A DNA stretch of 64,000 nt, taken from positions 12,485 through 76,484 of the forward strand of contig QZJM01000063.1 in the NCBI GenBank assembly GCA_003605065.1. The letters are read 5' to 3'. This document shows positions 10,180 to 20,555 of the stretch, piece after piece. Positions within the stretch are counted from its first letter, which is position 1. Every line of letters starts with the position of its first letter. The DNA is from Dethiobacter sp. (GTDB lineage Bacteria > Bacillota > Dethiobacteria > DTU022 > UBA8154). The notes beneath the pieces are model-generated. The model made no database searches and was not told where the DNA came from. It was given only the letters and a program-made list of their open reading frames with translations. Made by a program: the position numbers and the translations under genes.

Positions 10180-11412
10180 GTGACTAAAATGTCCAAGGTG
10201 GTTCTGGCATATTCAGGTGGACTGGATACCTCCATTATCGTAAAATGGCTCAAGGAAGAGTATGGTTATGAAGTGATTGCCTTTGCAGCTGACGTGGGAC
10301 AGGGGCCCGGTGAGCTGGAGGGGCTGGAAGAAAAAGCCCTGGCCACAGGTGCCTCCAAAGTTTATATCCAGGATCTCAGGAAAGAGTTTGTGGAAGAATT
10401 TGCCTTTCCCATGCTTAAATCGGGGGCTTTCTATGAAAAGAAATACCTTCTTGGTACCGCTATTGCCAGGCCCCTTATTGCCCGCGCCATGGTTCAGGTT
10501 GCCCTGGAAGAAGGAGCCGGAGCTGTTGCTCACGGGGCTACAGGAAAAGGCAATGACCAGGTGCGCTTTGAGTTAACCGTAAAAGCCCTTGCCCCGCAGT
10601 TAAAAATTATCGCTCCCTGGAGGAGTTGGAAAATCCGCTCGCGCCGGGATGCCATAGAGTACGCCCGGAAATACAACATCCCCGTCCCTGTTACCGTGGA
10701 AAAACCTTATAGCATGGACCGCAACCTCTGGCATATAAGCTACGAGGGGGGTATTCTGGAAGACCCCGCCCGGGAACCCCTTGAGGATATGTTTTTGTTG
10801 ACCCGTTCGCCCGAGCAGGCACCAGACAAGCCTGCCACAGTGGAAATTTCCTTTGAAAAAGGAATACCCGTAGCTTTAAACGGCACACCCACGGACAGCG
10901 TGACCCTCCTTGAATCTCTCAACCAGATCGCCGGCGAGAATGCCATTGGGAGGGTCGACATAGTGGAAAACCGCCTGGTGGGAATGAAATCCAGGGGCGT
11001 TTATGAAACTCCGGGGGGAACGTTGCTTTACTTTGCCCACAGTGAACTGGAACAGCTGACACTGGACAGGGAGACGATGCGCTACAAAGAAGCGGTGGCC
11101 ATAAAATACGGGGAGATTATTTACTACGGCCTCTGGTATTCCCCCCTGCGCAGGGCGCTCGACGCTTTTATCCAGAGCACCCAGGAAAATGTAACAGGAG
11201 AGATAAAGTTAAAACTGTACCGGGGAAACATAAGCGTCGTAAGCCGGCGTTCACCCTGTTCCCTTTACCATCCCGATCTGGCCACCTTTGAAGAAGATGA
11301 ACTCTACAACCAGGCAGATGCCGGTGGATTTATCAACCTTTTCGGCCTCCCCCTGCAGGTAGAGGGACTGTTGAGGGGAACATGGAAAAATGAGGTGGAA
11401 AGAAAAAAGTGA
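10180..11412 (+). CDS. argG: Argininosuccinate synthase
   Basis: [32 protein letters not shown]. Confidence 0.95.
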   Translation: MTKMSKVVLAYSGGLDTSIIVKWLKEEYGYEVIAFAADVGQGPGELEGLEEKALATGASKVYIQDLRKEFVEEFAFPMLKSGAFYEKKYLLGTAIARPLIARAMVQVALEEGAGAVAHGATGKGNDQVRFELTVKALAPQLKIIAPWRSWKIRSRRDAIEYARKYNIPVPVTVEKPYSMDRNLWHISYEGGILEDPAREPLEDMFLLTRSPEQAPDKPATVEISFEKGIPVALNGTPTDSVTLLESLNQIAGENAIGRVDIVENRLVGMKSRGVYETPGGTLLYFAHSELEQLTLDRETMRYKEAVAIKYGEIIYYGLWYSPLRRALDAFIQSTQENVTGEIKLKLYRGNISVVSRRSPCSLYHPDLATFEEDELYNQADAGGFINLFGLPLQVEGLLRGTWKNEVERKK

Positions 11413-12824
11413 ACGGTAAAGAGAAAAACAATAACCAGGATAAGCCCTGGGGCGGAAGATTCAAAGAAAGCCTGGATAAAAGGGTAGAAGCTTTTACCGC
11501 TTCCCTGCCTTTTGACCGCCGACTGGCAGCGGAGGACATCCTGGGGAGCATGGCCCATGGCCGGATGCTGGTGAAAGCCGGTATTATCGCACCCCCGGAG
11601 GGCGAGATGATTCTTAAAGGGCTGCAGGAAATCCGTGAGGAAATTTCCCGGGGAGAGTTTCCTTATGATATTTCCCTGGAAGATATTCATATGAATATCG
11701 AGAAAAGGCTGATAGATAAAATCGGTCCTGTTGGAGGAAAACTGCACACGGCCCGCAGCCGCAATGACCAGGTGGCTCTGGATATGCACCTCTACGTGAA
11801 AAAAGAGCTCCGGGAGGTGGAAAAACTGATCTCTGCGCTCCAGGAGGTTATCCTGGAGCTGGCGCAGGAGAACCTGGAGGTAATTATTCCCGGTTATACC
11901 CACCTGCAAAGAGCCCAGCCCGTTCTGCTTTCTCACCATCTCATGGCCTATTTCTGGATGCTGCAGAGAGACAGGGAACGTTTTCTTGATGCTCATAAAA
12001 GAGCGGATCTTATGCCCCTGGGAGCCGGCGCTCTCAGCGGAACAAGTTTTCCCATCGACAGGGAAGAGGTAGCCCGTGAGCTTGGTTTCGGTGCCTTGTA
12101 TGAAAACAGCATGGATGCTGTAAGTGACCGTGACTTTGTTCTGGAATTTTTAAGCTGTTCCTGCCTTCTTTTAATGCACCTGAGCCGGTTAAGTGAAGAA
12201 CTGGTATTGTGGTCATCCCAGGAATTTTCCTTCCTGGAACTCGGTGACGCCTTTACGACAGGCAGCAGCATGATGCCCCAGAAAAAAAATCCCGATGTGC
12301 CGGAGCTTGTCCGTGCCAAGACAGGACGTGTTTACGGGAACCTGATGGCACTTTTAACGGTATTCAAGGGGCTTCCCCTGACCTACAACAAAGATATGCA
12401 GGAAGACAAGGAATCCTTATTTGATTCTGTGGATACGGTAAAAGATGTCCTGACTATTTATGGGCAGCTTTTAAAAAGTATCAAGGTGTCCAGGGAAAAG
12501 ATTGCGACGGCTTTGCAGGACGACTTCTCCACGGCTACGGAACTGGCCGATTTTCTGGCTCTCAAAGGGGTGCCCTTTCGGGAAGCCCACCATATTGTAG
12601 GGCGGCTGGTCCGGCACTGTCTCCAGGAAGGGAAGCTGTTAAAAGATTTATCCTCCGGGGAGCTTACAGCCTTTCACGCTCTGCTGGGTTCTGACGACGC
12701 CCTGTCCAGGCTTAGCCCCGGTGAAGCCGTGAAGGCCAAAACATGCCGCGGGGGAACAGCGCCGGAAGCTGTAAGGAAGCAGCTCCAGGCAGCGAGGGAA
12801 GCATTAAATACATCTTTTATATAA
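11409..12824 (+). CDS. argH: Argininosuccinate lyase
   Basis: [26 protein letters not shown]. Confidence 0.95.
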   Translation: MNGKEKNNNQDKPWGGRFKESLDKRVEAFTASLPFDRRLAAEDILGSMAHGRMLVKAGIIAPPEGEMILKGLQEIREEISRGEFPYDISLEDIHMNIEKRLIDKIGPVGGKLHTARSRNDQVALDMHLYVKKELREVEKLISALQEVILELAQENLEVIIPGYTHLQRAQPVLLSHHLMAYFWMLQRDRERFLDAHKRADLMPLGAGALSGTSFPIDREEVARELGFGALYENSMDAVSDRDFVLEFLSCSCLLLMHLSRLSEELVLWSSQEFSFLELGDAFTTGSSMMPQKKNPDVPELVRAKTGRVYGNLMALLTVFKGLPLTYNKDMQEDKESLFDSVDTVKDVLTIYGQLLKSIKVSREKIATALQDDFSTATELADFLALKGVPFREAHHIVGRLVRHCLQEGKLLKDLSSGELTAFHALLGSDDALSRLSPGEAVKAKTCRGGTAPEAVRKQLQAAREALNTSFI

Positions 12825-12845
12825 GGATAGCGTTACGAAGCTTTT

Positions 12846-14468
12846 TTAATTACACTTTAAAGAACGCACAGTTTCATGATGGTTATAGCTCGGAAAAAGA
12901 AGGGGAGAAATGCTTTCTGTTTCTAGCCCGTTTTGCTCCAGTTGACGACGAAACTGGCAAACATGCTCAAGGGTAAGCTTTTTCAACTTTATCTCTTTTG
13001 ATTTCTGGGCGGCATGAAACCCTGCACGTCGACCAAAAACAAGAATGTCAAGCAGCGAATTTCCCATAAGCCTGTTACGACCATGAATTCCTCCGGTATT
13101 TTCTCCGGCGGCATAGAGGTTTTCTATACTTGTACGGCTGTACTTGTCAATTAAGAGACCCCCGTTCTGGTAATGAAGGGTCGGGTAAACCAATATAGGC
13201 TCTTTACGAATATTAATACCAAACCTGGCGAACTGTCTTAACATGGCTGGGAGCTGTCTTTCGATGGTCCCCTCACCATGGAGCAGTTCGATCAGCGGTG
13301 AATCAAGCCAGACACCTGTCGTACCGTCAGGAGTGCTTATACCCTTCTTTTTGTAACTGCATTCCTTAATAATAGCAGCAGATTCCACATCACGGATTTC
13401 CAGATGATAAACAAACTGATCGCCATCAATGTTCAGAGGTGTGGCGCCAAGACCGCGTACTTTTTCCGTCACCAGCAAGCCCATGATCTGGGAAGGAAAA
13501 ACAACGCCAGTGGGGTGGTACTGAATGGTATCCATAAAGGCTAACCTGGCTCCCGCACGATAGCCCATGACCAGCCCATCACCAGTGGCACCATAGTGGT
13601 TGGTAGTGGGGAAACCCTGGAAATGAAGCCTCCCGGAGCCACCCGTAGCAAGGATTACCGTTTTGGCCCGTACAATCAGGTATTCCTCTGTCTCCAGGTT
13701 AAAAAGAACAGAACCGGCTGCTTTACCTTCTTCATCCAGCAAAAGTTCTACTGCAGGGCAAAATTCCAGCACGTTAATTCCCCTGTTAAGAGTTTCGTCT
13801 CTCAGGGTACGCATAATCTCTGTACCGGTATAGTCCCGGGCAGAATGCATCCGTTTTCGCGAGGTGCCGCCACCATGGATGGTGAGCATCGTGCCGTCGT
13901 CTGCTTTATCAAGCATGGCACCCAGATCTTCAAGCCATTTAATAATCATGGGAGCATCGTTAACCAGAGTATAAACAAGCTCTGGTATATTGGTAAAATG
14001 CCCTCCGCCCATGACGTCAAGGTAATGTAGGGCAGGGGAATCATTTTCTTTATCAGCTGCCTGGATGCCTCCTTGGGCCATTATAGTATTGGCATCGCCA
14101 AAACGCAGCTTGGTCACAAGCAAAACTTTTGCGCCTTCCTTTTGAGAGGCTAGAGCCGCCGCTGCGCCTGCCCCCCCACCGCCGATAATGAGGACATCCA
14201 TATCATAAGCGATTTTTTCCAGGTCAATTTCAATATGCTCAATCCTGCTGTGTGCTTCCAGAAGTTCAGCCAGCTCACAGGGAACCCTGTCGCCCTTGTT
14301 CCCCCCCGCCTTTAGCGTCTGGAAGCCATTTTCAAGATAATCGGGATGAAATTTTTTAACTACTTCCCTGCACTCATGGGGAGCCATGCGTGGAAAATCC
14401 TGGTACAGGCGCCTGGGGCGTGTTTTTTCAACTTTTTTGACGAGCTCTTTTAAATACGATATATACAT
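12846..14468 (-). CDS. Fumarate reductase/succinate dehydrogenase flavoprotein-family protein
   Basis: IIGGGGAG FAD motif, AQGG, QYHPTG, TEKVRG, RDVES, HYQNGG, HGRNRLMGNSL. Confidence 0.85.
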   Translation of the reverse strand: MYISYLKELVKKVEKTRPRRLYQDFPRMAPHECREVVKKFHPDYLENGFQTLKAGGNKGDRVPCELAELLEAHSRIEHIEIDLEKIAYDMDVLIIGGGGAGAAAALASQKEGAKVLLVTKLRFGDANTIMAQGGIQAADKENDSPALHYLDVMGGGHFTNIPELVYTLVNDAPMIIKWLEDLGAMLDKADDGTMLTIHGGGTSRKRMHSARDYTGTEIMRTLRDETLNRGINVLEFCPAVELLLDEEGKAAGSVLFNLETEEYLIVRAKTVILATGGSGRLHFQGFPTTNHYGATGDGLVMGYRAGARLAFMDTIQYHPTGVVFPSQIMGLLVTEKVRGLGATPLNIDGDQFVYHLEIRDVESAAIIKECSYKKKGISTPDGTTGVWLDSPLIELLHGEGTIERQLPAMLRQFARFGINIRKEPILVYPTLHYQNGGLLIDKYSRTSIENLYAAGENTGGIHGRNRLMGNSLLDILVFGRRAGFHAAQKSKEIKLKKLTLEHVCQFRRQLEQNGLETESISPLLFPSYNHHETVRSLKCN

Positions 14469-14530
14469 AAATTCACCTGCTTTCCAAAAGCCAGGTTCCT
14501 CCTTTTGTTAAGAATAAATTCCTTCCGGCG

Positions 14531-15211
14531 CTATTCTTCTATATCACGGCTATTATAAATAATCCTTAGTTCATCAGAACTTAACTTCATTAATTGCCGC
14601 AATTCCGCCTCATACTTTCCCTCTTTTATCTCCATAACCCTTCGCTTAAGGTGTGAAGCCTGGGGCAAAAGGTGCTTGCTATAAAGGCGGCGGGCTAAAA
14701 TAGTAACGTGATACTGCACAATATGTACCGGGCACCGGGAGGCACAGAGGCCACACATGATGCAGTCAAAAGATTCTGTAGCACACTGTGCAATTTCTCC
14801 CCTCTGGGCATGGGCGATGTAGTGCATGACATTTATGTTCTGCGGGCATACCTTTGTGCAGGAGCCGCACCCTATGCAGCGGTAAATTTCCGGGTAGTAA
14901 AGGGCAATTGAAGAGGCAGTGGGGGTTAAGGTGTTAATGTCATAGGTGCCTTTTAAGGGGGGGGAATATGGAATCTGTGCCAGGAACATGTTAGCCTCAA
15001 CTTTGGTCTGGCAGGCAAGACCAACTTTCAGCTCATAGTTACCGGCGGTGCGGTAAACAATAGCACAAGCACCACAGAATCCTGCCCGGCACCCGCAACC
15101 ACGCTTTAATTGGAATCCGGCATATTCCATGGCATTCATTACTGTTAATGATGCGGGCACTTTATACTTTTTACCCATAATATATATATCAACCAACGGC
15201 ACCTTAGTCAT
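14531..15211 (-). CDS. Fe-S subunit (2Fe-2S plus 2x4Fe-4S), FrdB-like
   Basis: CGCRAGFCGAC...ACQ and two CxxCxxCxxxCP motifs. Confidence 0.85.
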   Translation of the reverse strand: MTKVPLVDIYIMGKKYKVPASLTVMNAMEYAGFQLKRGCGCRAGFCGACAIVYRTAGNYELKVGLACQTKVEANMFLAQIPYSPPLKGTYDINTLTPTASSIALYYPEIYRCIGCGSCTKVCPQNINVMHYIAHAQRGEIAQCATESFDCIMCGLCASRCPVHIVQYHVTILARRLYSKHLLPQASHLKRRVMEIKEGKYEAELRQLMKLSSDELRIIYNSRDIEE

Positions 15212-15351
15212 TTCTCAACTCCAACATATTTTTAAAGTTGTGTTTAAATATTCTTGAATCATTTTCATTAATGAATCCTGCCAGGGTGTTCTATATTTCT
15301 GGTATTTGGGATTCACAACTGATACAAGACTCAAGCCTCATTAAATATTTA

Positions 15352-15367
15352 TGCAATATTTGTACCA
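15352..15367 (-). promoter_or_regulatory. sigma54 (-24/-12) promoter for the Fe-S/flavoprotein pair
   Basis: Minus strand TGGTACAAATATTGCA = GG-N10-GC, about 140 nt upstream of start codon. Confidence 0.6.
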
Positions 15368-15618
15368 TTTGTAATTGAGGCCTTACTGAAAAATTGTTTA
15401 AAAAAACAAAAAACAGTCTTATTAAAAAAATACAATGACATAAAATCTATTTACTTTTAGCAGTTTAGGGGGTTGTATTATCCATTTCTTTTAGATAGAC
15501 TAGAAAGGGTTTTATATAAATTCTTTGTGGCAATTACTTCCAATTTTAAACATAAATTATGACAATACTTTTGGAGTAGATTTAGGAGGTGAAACCTGGT
15601 TCTCCAACCGGGCGTTAA

Positions 15619-16464
15619 ATGTTTAAAAAGGTATTGCTGGCCATGGACTCCTCTTCTGCGGCGCAGGAATTGTTCAACTGCATACCTGACCTCAGGCTGA
15701 TGGGAATGGCAGAACTGGTCATTGTTCATGCCATTAGCGTAGAGCAGCTGCAGGGCAGAAGGCTGGATGCGTACCGGGATGCTTTTACCAGGAGGATGGA
15801 GGATAAGATAAAAGCTTTAGAGCAAATAGGAATTGCTGTAAAACTCTTATTACCATTTGGCAACCCCGCAGAAGAGATCGCCCTGACGGCGGAAGAAGAA
15901 GATGTAGATCTTATTTTTATCGGTTCCATCGGTGAAAATATTATTCGGGAGTTTCTGCTGGGAAGCACCGTAACCGAAGTAATACGCCGTTCCAGCAGGC
16001 CGATTTTAATTGAAAAGTATATTACCCTGGGAGAAAGAACACGTCTTATTCCTATCTTCCTGCAGAAATGGTCCACCGTACTGCTTCCCACTGATTTTTC
16101 CAGAGAAGCAGAAAGCGTCTATAGCAAGTTTTCGGCGGTTGCTGATAAAATTCACCGCATTATTTTTTTGCACGTTATCGATAAAGCGCAGGGGGGAAAG
16201 GAACTGTCCAGGCAAGAGGAAAAAGCCTTACATGGTCTGCAGGATTGGCAGGAGAAATTTCGCCGGAATGGAGGCAATGTAGATATAAAAGTATCGGCGG
16301 GTATTCCTTCGCAGCGAATAAACGAAATTGCTGAAACCGAAGGTGTTACCCTCATTGCTATGCCCACCAGGGGAGTGGGACTGGTGAAACTTTTTATGGG
16401 AAGAACGGCTGATGCTGTGGTGAGACGTTCCAGTGCACCTGTTTTACTTTTCAAGATCGACTAA
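15619..16464 (+). CDS. Tandem universal stress protein
   Basis: Two USP domains, LLGSTVTEVIRRS and FMGRTADAVVRRS. Confidence 0.9.
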   Translation: MFKKVLLAMDSSSAAQELFNCIPDLRLMGMAELVIVHAISVEQLQGRRLDAYRDAFTRRMEDKIKALEQIGIAVKLLLPFGNPAEEIALTAEEEDVDLIFIGSIGENIIREFLLGSTVTEVIRRSSRPILIEKYITLGERTRLIPIFLQKWSTVLLPTDFSREAESVYSKFSAVADKIHRIIFLHVIDKAQGGKELSRQEEKALHGLQDWQEKFRRNGGNVDIKVSAGIPSQRINEIAETEGVTLIAMPTRGVGLVKLFMGRTADAVVRRSSAPVLLFKID

Positions 16465-16510
16465 AAAATAAAGTACAGCCCAGCGTTTATAAAACAGTAT
16501 ATCAAAAATT

Positions 16511-16538
16511 AAAAAGGCCCAGGAAAACGGGCTTTTTT
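16511..16538. terminator. Bidirectional terminator
   Basis: AAAAAGGCCC-AGGAAAAC-GGGCTTTTTT between convergent genes. Confidence 0.6.
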
Positions 16539-16540
16539 AA

Positions 16541-18481
16541 TTATTCTTTTTCTAATCCTGCTTCACTTAGTTTGCGCCATAATGTTGTTCGCCCGATACC
16601 AAGCTTTTCTGCTAATTTGGTTTTATTTCCTTTTAAACGAAAATACTCTTCTCTAATTAATTGATTCTCAATTTGTTCCATAATTCTTTTTAAATCTCCG
16701 TTTGGCTCAACTTTTAAATAATTATTTTCATTTGTTACTACAGATTCACTGGCAAAATCCAGCAGGATTTTTTTAATGTAACGACCTACGGCTTTAGGGG
16801 TGGAATCCGGTTCTACCAATACCATAAGACGTTTTATAAGGCTTTCCAGTTCCCTTACGTTACCGGGCCAATCATAAGCAGTTAATAACTCATTATATTC
16901 CGTTAGAGACTTTTTCAGCAGGGAAAAAAGATTCTCATCTGTTATTTCTGTCAACAGGTTAAAAGCAAGAGGCAGTATATCTTCTTTCCTCTGGCGTAAA
17001 GGCGGGATAGATAATTTCAGGATATTAAGGCGGTAGTATAGATCACGGCGGAATGTACCCTGCTCTACAGCTTTTAATAAATTGCGGTTAGTAGCAGAAA
17101 TTACCCGAACGTCTATCGGTATTAACCTGTTATCACCTATGCGCATGATTTCTTTTTGCTGTAACACCCTGAGCAGCTTGGACTGAACTTCCGGGGAGAT
17201 CTCACCGATCTCATCCAGAAAAATGGTGCCGCGGTGAGCTAATTCAAACAACCCCTTTTTGCCTCCCTTTTTGGCTCCGGTAAATGCTCCTTCGGCATAA
17301 CCAAATAATTCGCTTTCCAGGAGCGTGGAAGGCAGTGCGGCACAATTTACAGCGACAAAAGGTTGGGATGCCCGAATACTGGCATTATGAATGCTTTGGG
17401 CAAAAAGCTCCTTTCCGGTACCTGTTTCACCGGTAATTAGAACAGTTTCATCAGTATAAGCATATTTTTTGGCCTGGTGCACCGTATCAATGATTTCTTT
17501 GCTTTTGCCTATAATATCCTTAAATTGATAACTGGCCTGAAGTTTACTTTCATGATTGGCCCGGCGAATTTTCTCTTCCATATATTGGATGCGGTTTACT
17601 TCGTGAAAAGCAAAAATAGAGCCTACTATTTGCCCATGATCATAGATAGGAATCTTATTTACGATCAGTTGTTTTTTTCTAAAATTGCATATTTTATCTG
17701 TTTCAATCTCGTTTTGATTAACTACAAAGGGTTGAGGTCTGTCCGTTGTGATTACTTCATGAATAGGCCTGCCGATAGCTGTTGCTGCTTTAAGTTCTAA
17801 AATATTTTCGGCTACGGGGTTAAATACAGTAATGATATTATGGGCATCGACGGCAATAATTCCCTCGAAAGAGTAATCAACAATGGCCTTTAACTTGAAA
17901 GCTTCACGCCGTTCCTTCCGTCTTGCCCAGGCTACCTCTTTAGCGTGGGAATAAGCTCTCATGATGGCATCTTTGCTGATAGAAACGGGGATGCAGGGGC
18001 ATCCCTGGGAGCGGGCCAGTTGGGCAATAACACCCCCGCTGACGATTGCTTTTATATTTCGCTTTTTAACTTCTTTAAGTTTGGTCAGGCCGTCATGTTC
18101 GTTAAAATAAATAAATTGCTCCAGTTTAACATTTATTACTTCTTTTATTTCATGGAAACGCGGGTTGGGATTATGAAATTCAAACAAAGCCAAAGGTTCA
18201 CCAAATAATCTTTTGGCCTTATGCAGGGCGAATACAGTTTCAAAAATGCCTACGGGGATAGCGATTAGGGGAATATCAAATTTTTTTCGCAGGTGCCGGG
18301 TATTACCTTCAGTTGTTATGATTACTTCTACACCCTGCTCCTCAGCCCTGGCTACTGCCGGTTCAGCATTCTCGATAGCTCCTTCTTCCAGTAAAACCTT
18401 TTCAGGAAGATCGGGCAGCACCTCTTGAATAAGCTGGGTAAGTTCGGAGTATGGTGAAAGAAAGCAAACTTCATAATTCAT
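16541..18481 (-). CDS. sigma54-dependent activator, PrpR-like (PrpR_N, PAS, AAA+, Fis HTH)
   Basis: GETGTGKE, GAFTGA, DEIGE, WPGNVRE, LGIGRTTLWRKL. Confidence 0.9.
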   Translation of the reverse strand: MNYEVCFLSPYSELTQLIQEVLPDLPEKVLLEEGAIENAEPAVARAEEQGVEVIITTEGNTRHLRKKFDIPLIAIPVGIFETVFALHKAKRLFGEPLALFEFHNPNPRFHEIKEVINVKLEQFIYFNEHDGLTKLKEVKKRNIKAIVSGGVIAQLARSQGCPCIPVSISKDAIMRAYSHAKEVAWARRKERREAFKLKAIVDYSFEGIIAVDAHNIITVFNPVAENILELKAATAIGRPIHEVITTDRPQPFVVNQNEIETDKICNFRKKQLIVNKIPIYDHGQIVGSIFAFHEVNRIQYMEEKIRRANHESKLQASYQFKDIIGKSKEIIDTVHQAKKYAYTDETVLITGETGTGKELFAQSIHNASIRASQPFVAVNCAALPSTLLESELFGYAEGAFTGAKKGGKKGLFELAHRGTIFLDEIGEISPEVQSKLLRVLQQKEIMRIGDNRLIPIDVRVISATNRNLLKAVEQGTFRRDLYYRLNILKLSIPPLRQRKEDILPLAFNLLTEITDENLFSLLKKSLTEYNELLTAYDWPGNVRELESLIKRLMVLVEPDSTPKAVGRYIKKILLDFASESVVTNENNYLKVEPNGDLKRIMEQIENQLIREEYFRLKGNKTKLAEKLGIGRTTLWRKLSEAGLEKE

Positions 18482-18639
18482 CCTTAATCCCCACTTTCTT
18501 TAGTTATAATTATAATAAACTATTTAGCAAATTCAATCAATGGTATTTTGTTTACTTTTTGAAACAAATTTATACTGTAAAAAGCAAAATACTTTTAAAT
18601 CTAATACAAAGGAAAAAAGAAAACGTTCCATTGATGAAA

Positions 18640-18667
18640 TTCTATGTTTCGCCAAAGAAACATAGAA
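18640..18667. promoter_or_regulatory. Probable upstream activator site
   Basis: Perfect 11-bp inverted repeat TTCTATGTTTC-N6-GAAACATAGAA about 90 bp upstream of a sigma54 promoter. Confidence 0.6.
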
Positions 18668-18752
18668 GTATTTTTTTGGGAAAAATTTTTAGGAAAGCCT
18701 TAAAGAAAGTTTAAAAAAGCATTAAAATAGTTATTTTTTTTAGATATTTTTT

Positions 18753-18768
18753 TGGCACATCTTTTGCA
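18753..18768 (+). promoter_or_regulatory. sigma54 (-24/-12) promoter of the ubiD operon
   Basis: TGGCACATCTTTTGCA, near-consensus GG-N10-GC. Confidence 0.85.
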
Positions 18769-18932
18769 TGTTATAATTATAAATTTCAATATTAAATATT
18801 TATTCAATAAATTTTTTAAGTTTAACTTTAAGAGGAGTGATATCCATAAAAAATTTAACCAGTTTTTACTAAATAGTTAGTTTTATTAAAATTAAGCGGC
18901 TCAAAGAAATTTTTTACAGGAGGTTTTAGTTC

Positions 18933-20474
18933 ATGACGAAAGATATAACAAGTTTAAGAACAACAATTGATTTTCTCAAGGAAGAAGAAGGTGAGTTACT
19001 GGTAACCGATGTAGAGATTAATCCAGAACTGGAGATGGCTGCAATTCAGAAAGCCCTGGATAACGGTCCTGCTCTTTTGTTTGAAAACGTTAAGGGCTAT
19101 CCCGGAAAAAGGTTATTTACCAATCTTATGGCCTCGGAAAAACGTATTGCCAAAATCTTCGATGTAGATGAGCCCAAGAATTTTAAACACAAGATCAGAA
19201 ATGCCCTGCACAACCCTATCCCCCCCAGGTTAGTGGAAAAGGCCCCCTGCCAGGAAGTAGTTATTACCAAGGATATTGATGTCTGGCCTGTTGTTCCCAT
19301 GATCTCTCATACCCCCCAGGATCCGGGGCGTACCTTGGGAGGCGGCAATACTCTTATCTGTGGCAAATATTTCTTTGGGGGGCGTCATATCAGCTACAAC
19401 CGCATGAGCTTCGTATGTGGCGGGCCGGATTATTCCAGCTTCCAGATAGCCCCGGGTTCACATACGGATATGGCCGTATCGCAGTTTTATAAAAAAGAAC
19501 ATGTTCCCATGACCATTAACATGGGAGTGCCCCCGGCCTGTACGATCATGGCCGGCGCCGGTTTCAACTATGTAATTCTTAATCCCGGTTGTGACGAAAT
19601 TGCCATTGCCGGGGGAATACAGGGCTCACCGGTCGATCTTGTGAAGGCTAAAACAGTTGATGCCTATTCCATCGCTAATGCCGAAATCGTCCTTGAAGGC
19701 TACGTGGATACAACGCAGAAAGTATGGGAACACCCCGAAGCCGAGAAAGAGAATAAACAGGGCGTTTATCCCTTCCATCCCGAGTGGTCCGGCTACATGG
19801 GCCGCGCTTACCGTACCTACAAATTCCAGGTGACAGCCATTACCCACCGTAAGGAGAACCCCATCTACTATCCGCTGATTGTCCATAGCTACGATGACCA
19901 TCATATTGACTGTAAAGTACGGGAGGCCTCCTTCCTGGAACTGGGAGAAAGAATTTCCCCAGGCTTTGTAAAAGACGTGTATGCTCCGCTGGGCATGACT
20001 GACTGGGGCGGTGCTATCTTCCAGGTTCGCAAGACTAAGAAACGGGATGAGGGCTTCCAGAAAAACCTGCTGTCTGCTGCTCTTTCTGTTTCTCAGGGCA
20101 TGCGTCTGGCCATAGCCGTGGATGAAGATGTAAATATTTACTGTGCCGAAGATGTGCTCTGGGCTCTTACTACAAGAGTCGATGCCGACAAAGATATCCT
20201 GATAGTCAATCCCGGCGGTATGGGTCAAACCTTCCAGCCTGCCGAGCGCAGTGCTGCTGCTCCCGGTGCCCAGTGGGTGCGTTCGGAATCCAAGTATGCC
20301 GGAGGTATTGGCTTGGATGCCACGGTACCATTTGAGTTTCAATGGGCTTATGAACGTGCCAGTTACCCGGTTGAACTGGTAGATCTCAAAAAATGGTTCA
20401 GCGAGAACCAAATCGACAAAGCTAAAAGCTCCATGTGTGAATATGCCCGCTGGCTTGCTGAGGTGGGAATCTAA
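18933..20474 (+). CDS. UbiD-family prFMN decarboxylase, phthaloyl-CoA decarboxylase-like
   Basis: EIVLEGY, FHPEWSGYMGRAY, MTDWGG, SQGMRLAIAV, GQTFQPAER, GLDAT; motifs recalled from phthaloyl-CoA decarboxylases. Confidence 0.8.
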   Translation: MTKDITSLRTTIDFLKEEEGELLVTDVEINPELEMAAIQKALDNGPALLFENVKGYPGKRLFTNLMASEKRIAKIFDVDEPKNFKHKIRNALHNPIPPRLVEKAPCQEVVITKDIDVWPVVPMISHTPQDPGRTLGGGNTLICGKYFFGGRHISYNRMSFVCGGPDYSSFQIAPGSHTDMAVSQFYKKEHVPMTINMGVPPACTIMAGAGFNYVILNPGCDEIAIAGGIQGSPVDLVKAKTVDAYSIANAEIVLEGYVDTTQKVWEHPEAEKENKQGVYPFHPEWSGYMGRAYRTYKFQVTAITHRKENPIYYPLIVHSYDDHHIDCKVREASFLELGERISPGFVKDVYAPLGMTDWGGAIFQVRKTKKRDEGFQKNLLSAALSVSQGMRLAIAVDEDVNIYCAEDVLWALTTRVDADKDILIVNPGGMGQTFQPAERSAAAPGAQWVRSESKYAGGIGLDATVPFEFQWAYERASYPVELVDLKKWFSENQIDKAKSSMCEYARWLAEVGI

Positions 20475-20555
20475 CAACACAAAAGAAAGAGATGAGAGGG
20501 GTGTGCCCCTCCATCTCTCTCTTGCCTTCAAACAATATGGAAAGAGGGCTGCACT

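Noticed and set aside
14469-14533. Amber read-through fusing the Fe-S subunit to the flavoprotein
   Set aside because: The 62-nt gap puts the flavoprotein ATG out of frame.
19626-20531. 301-aa antisense ORF
   Set aside because: Shadow of ubiD on the opposite strand; no recognisable motifs.
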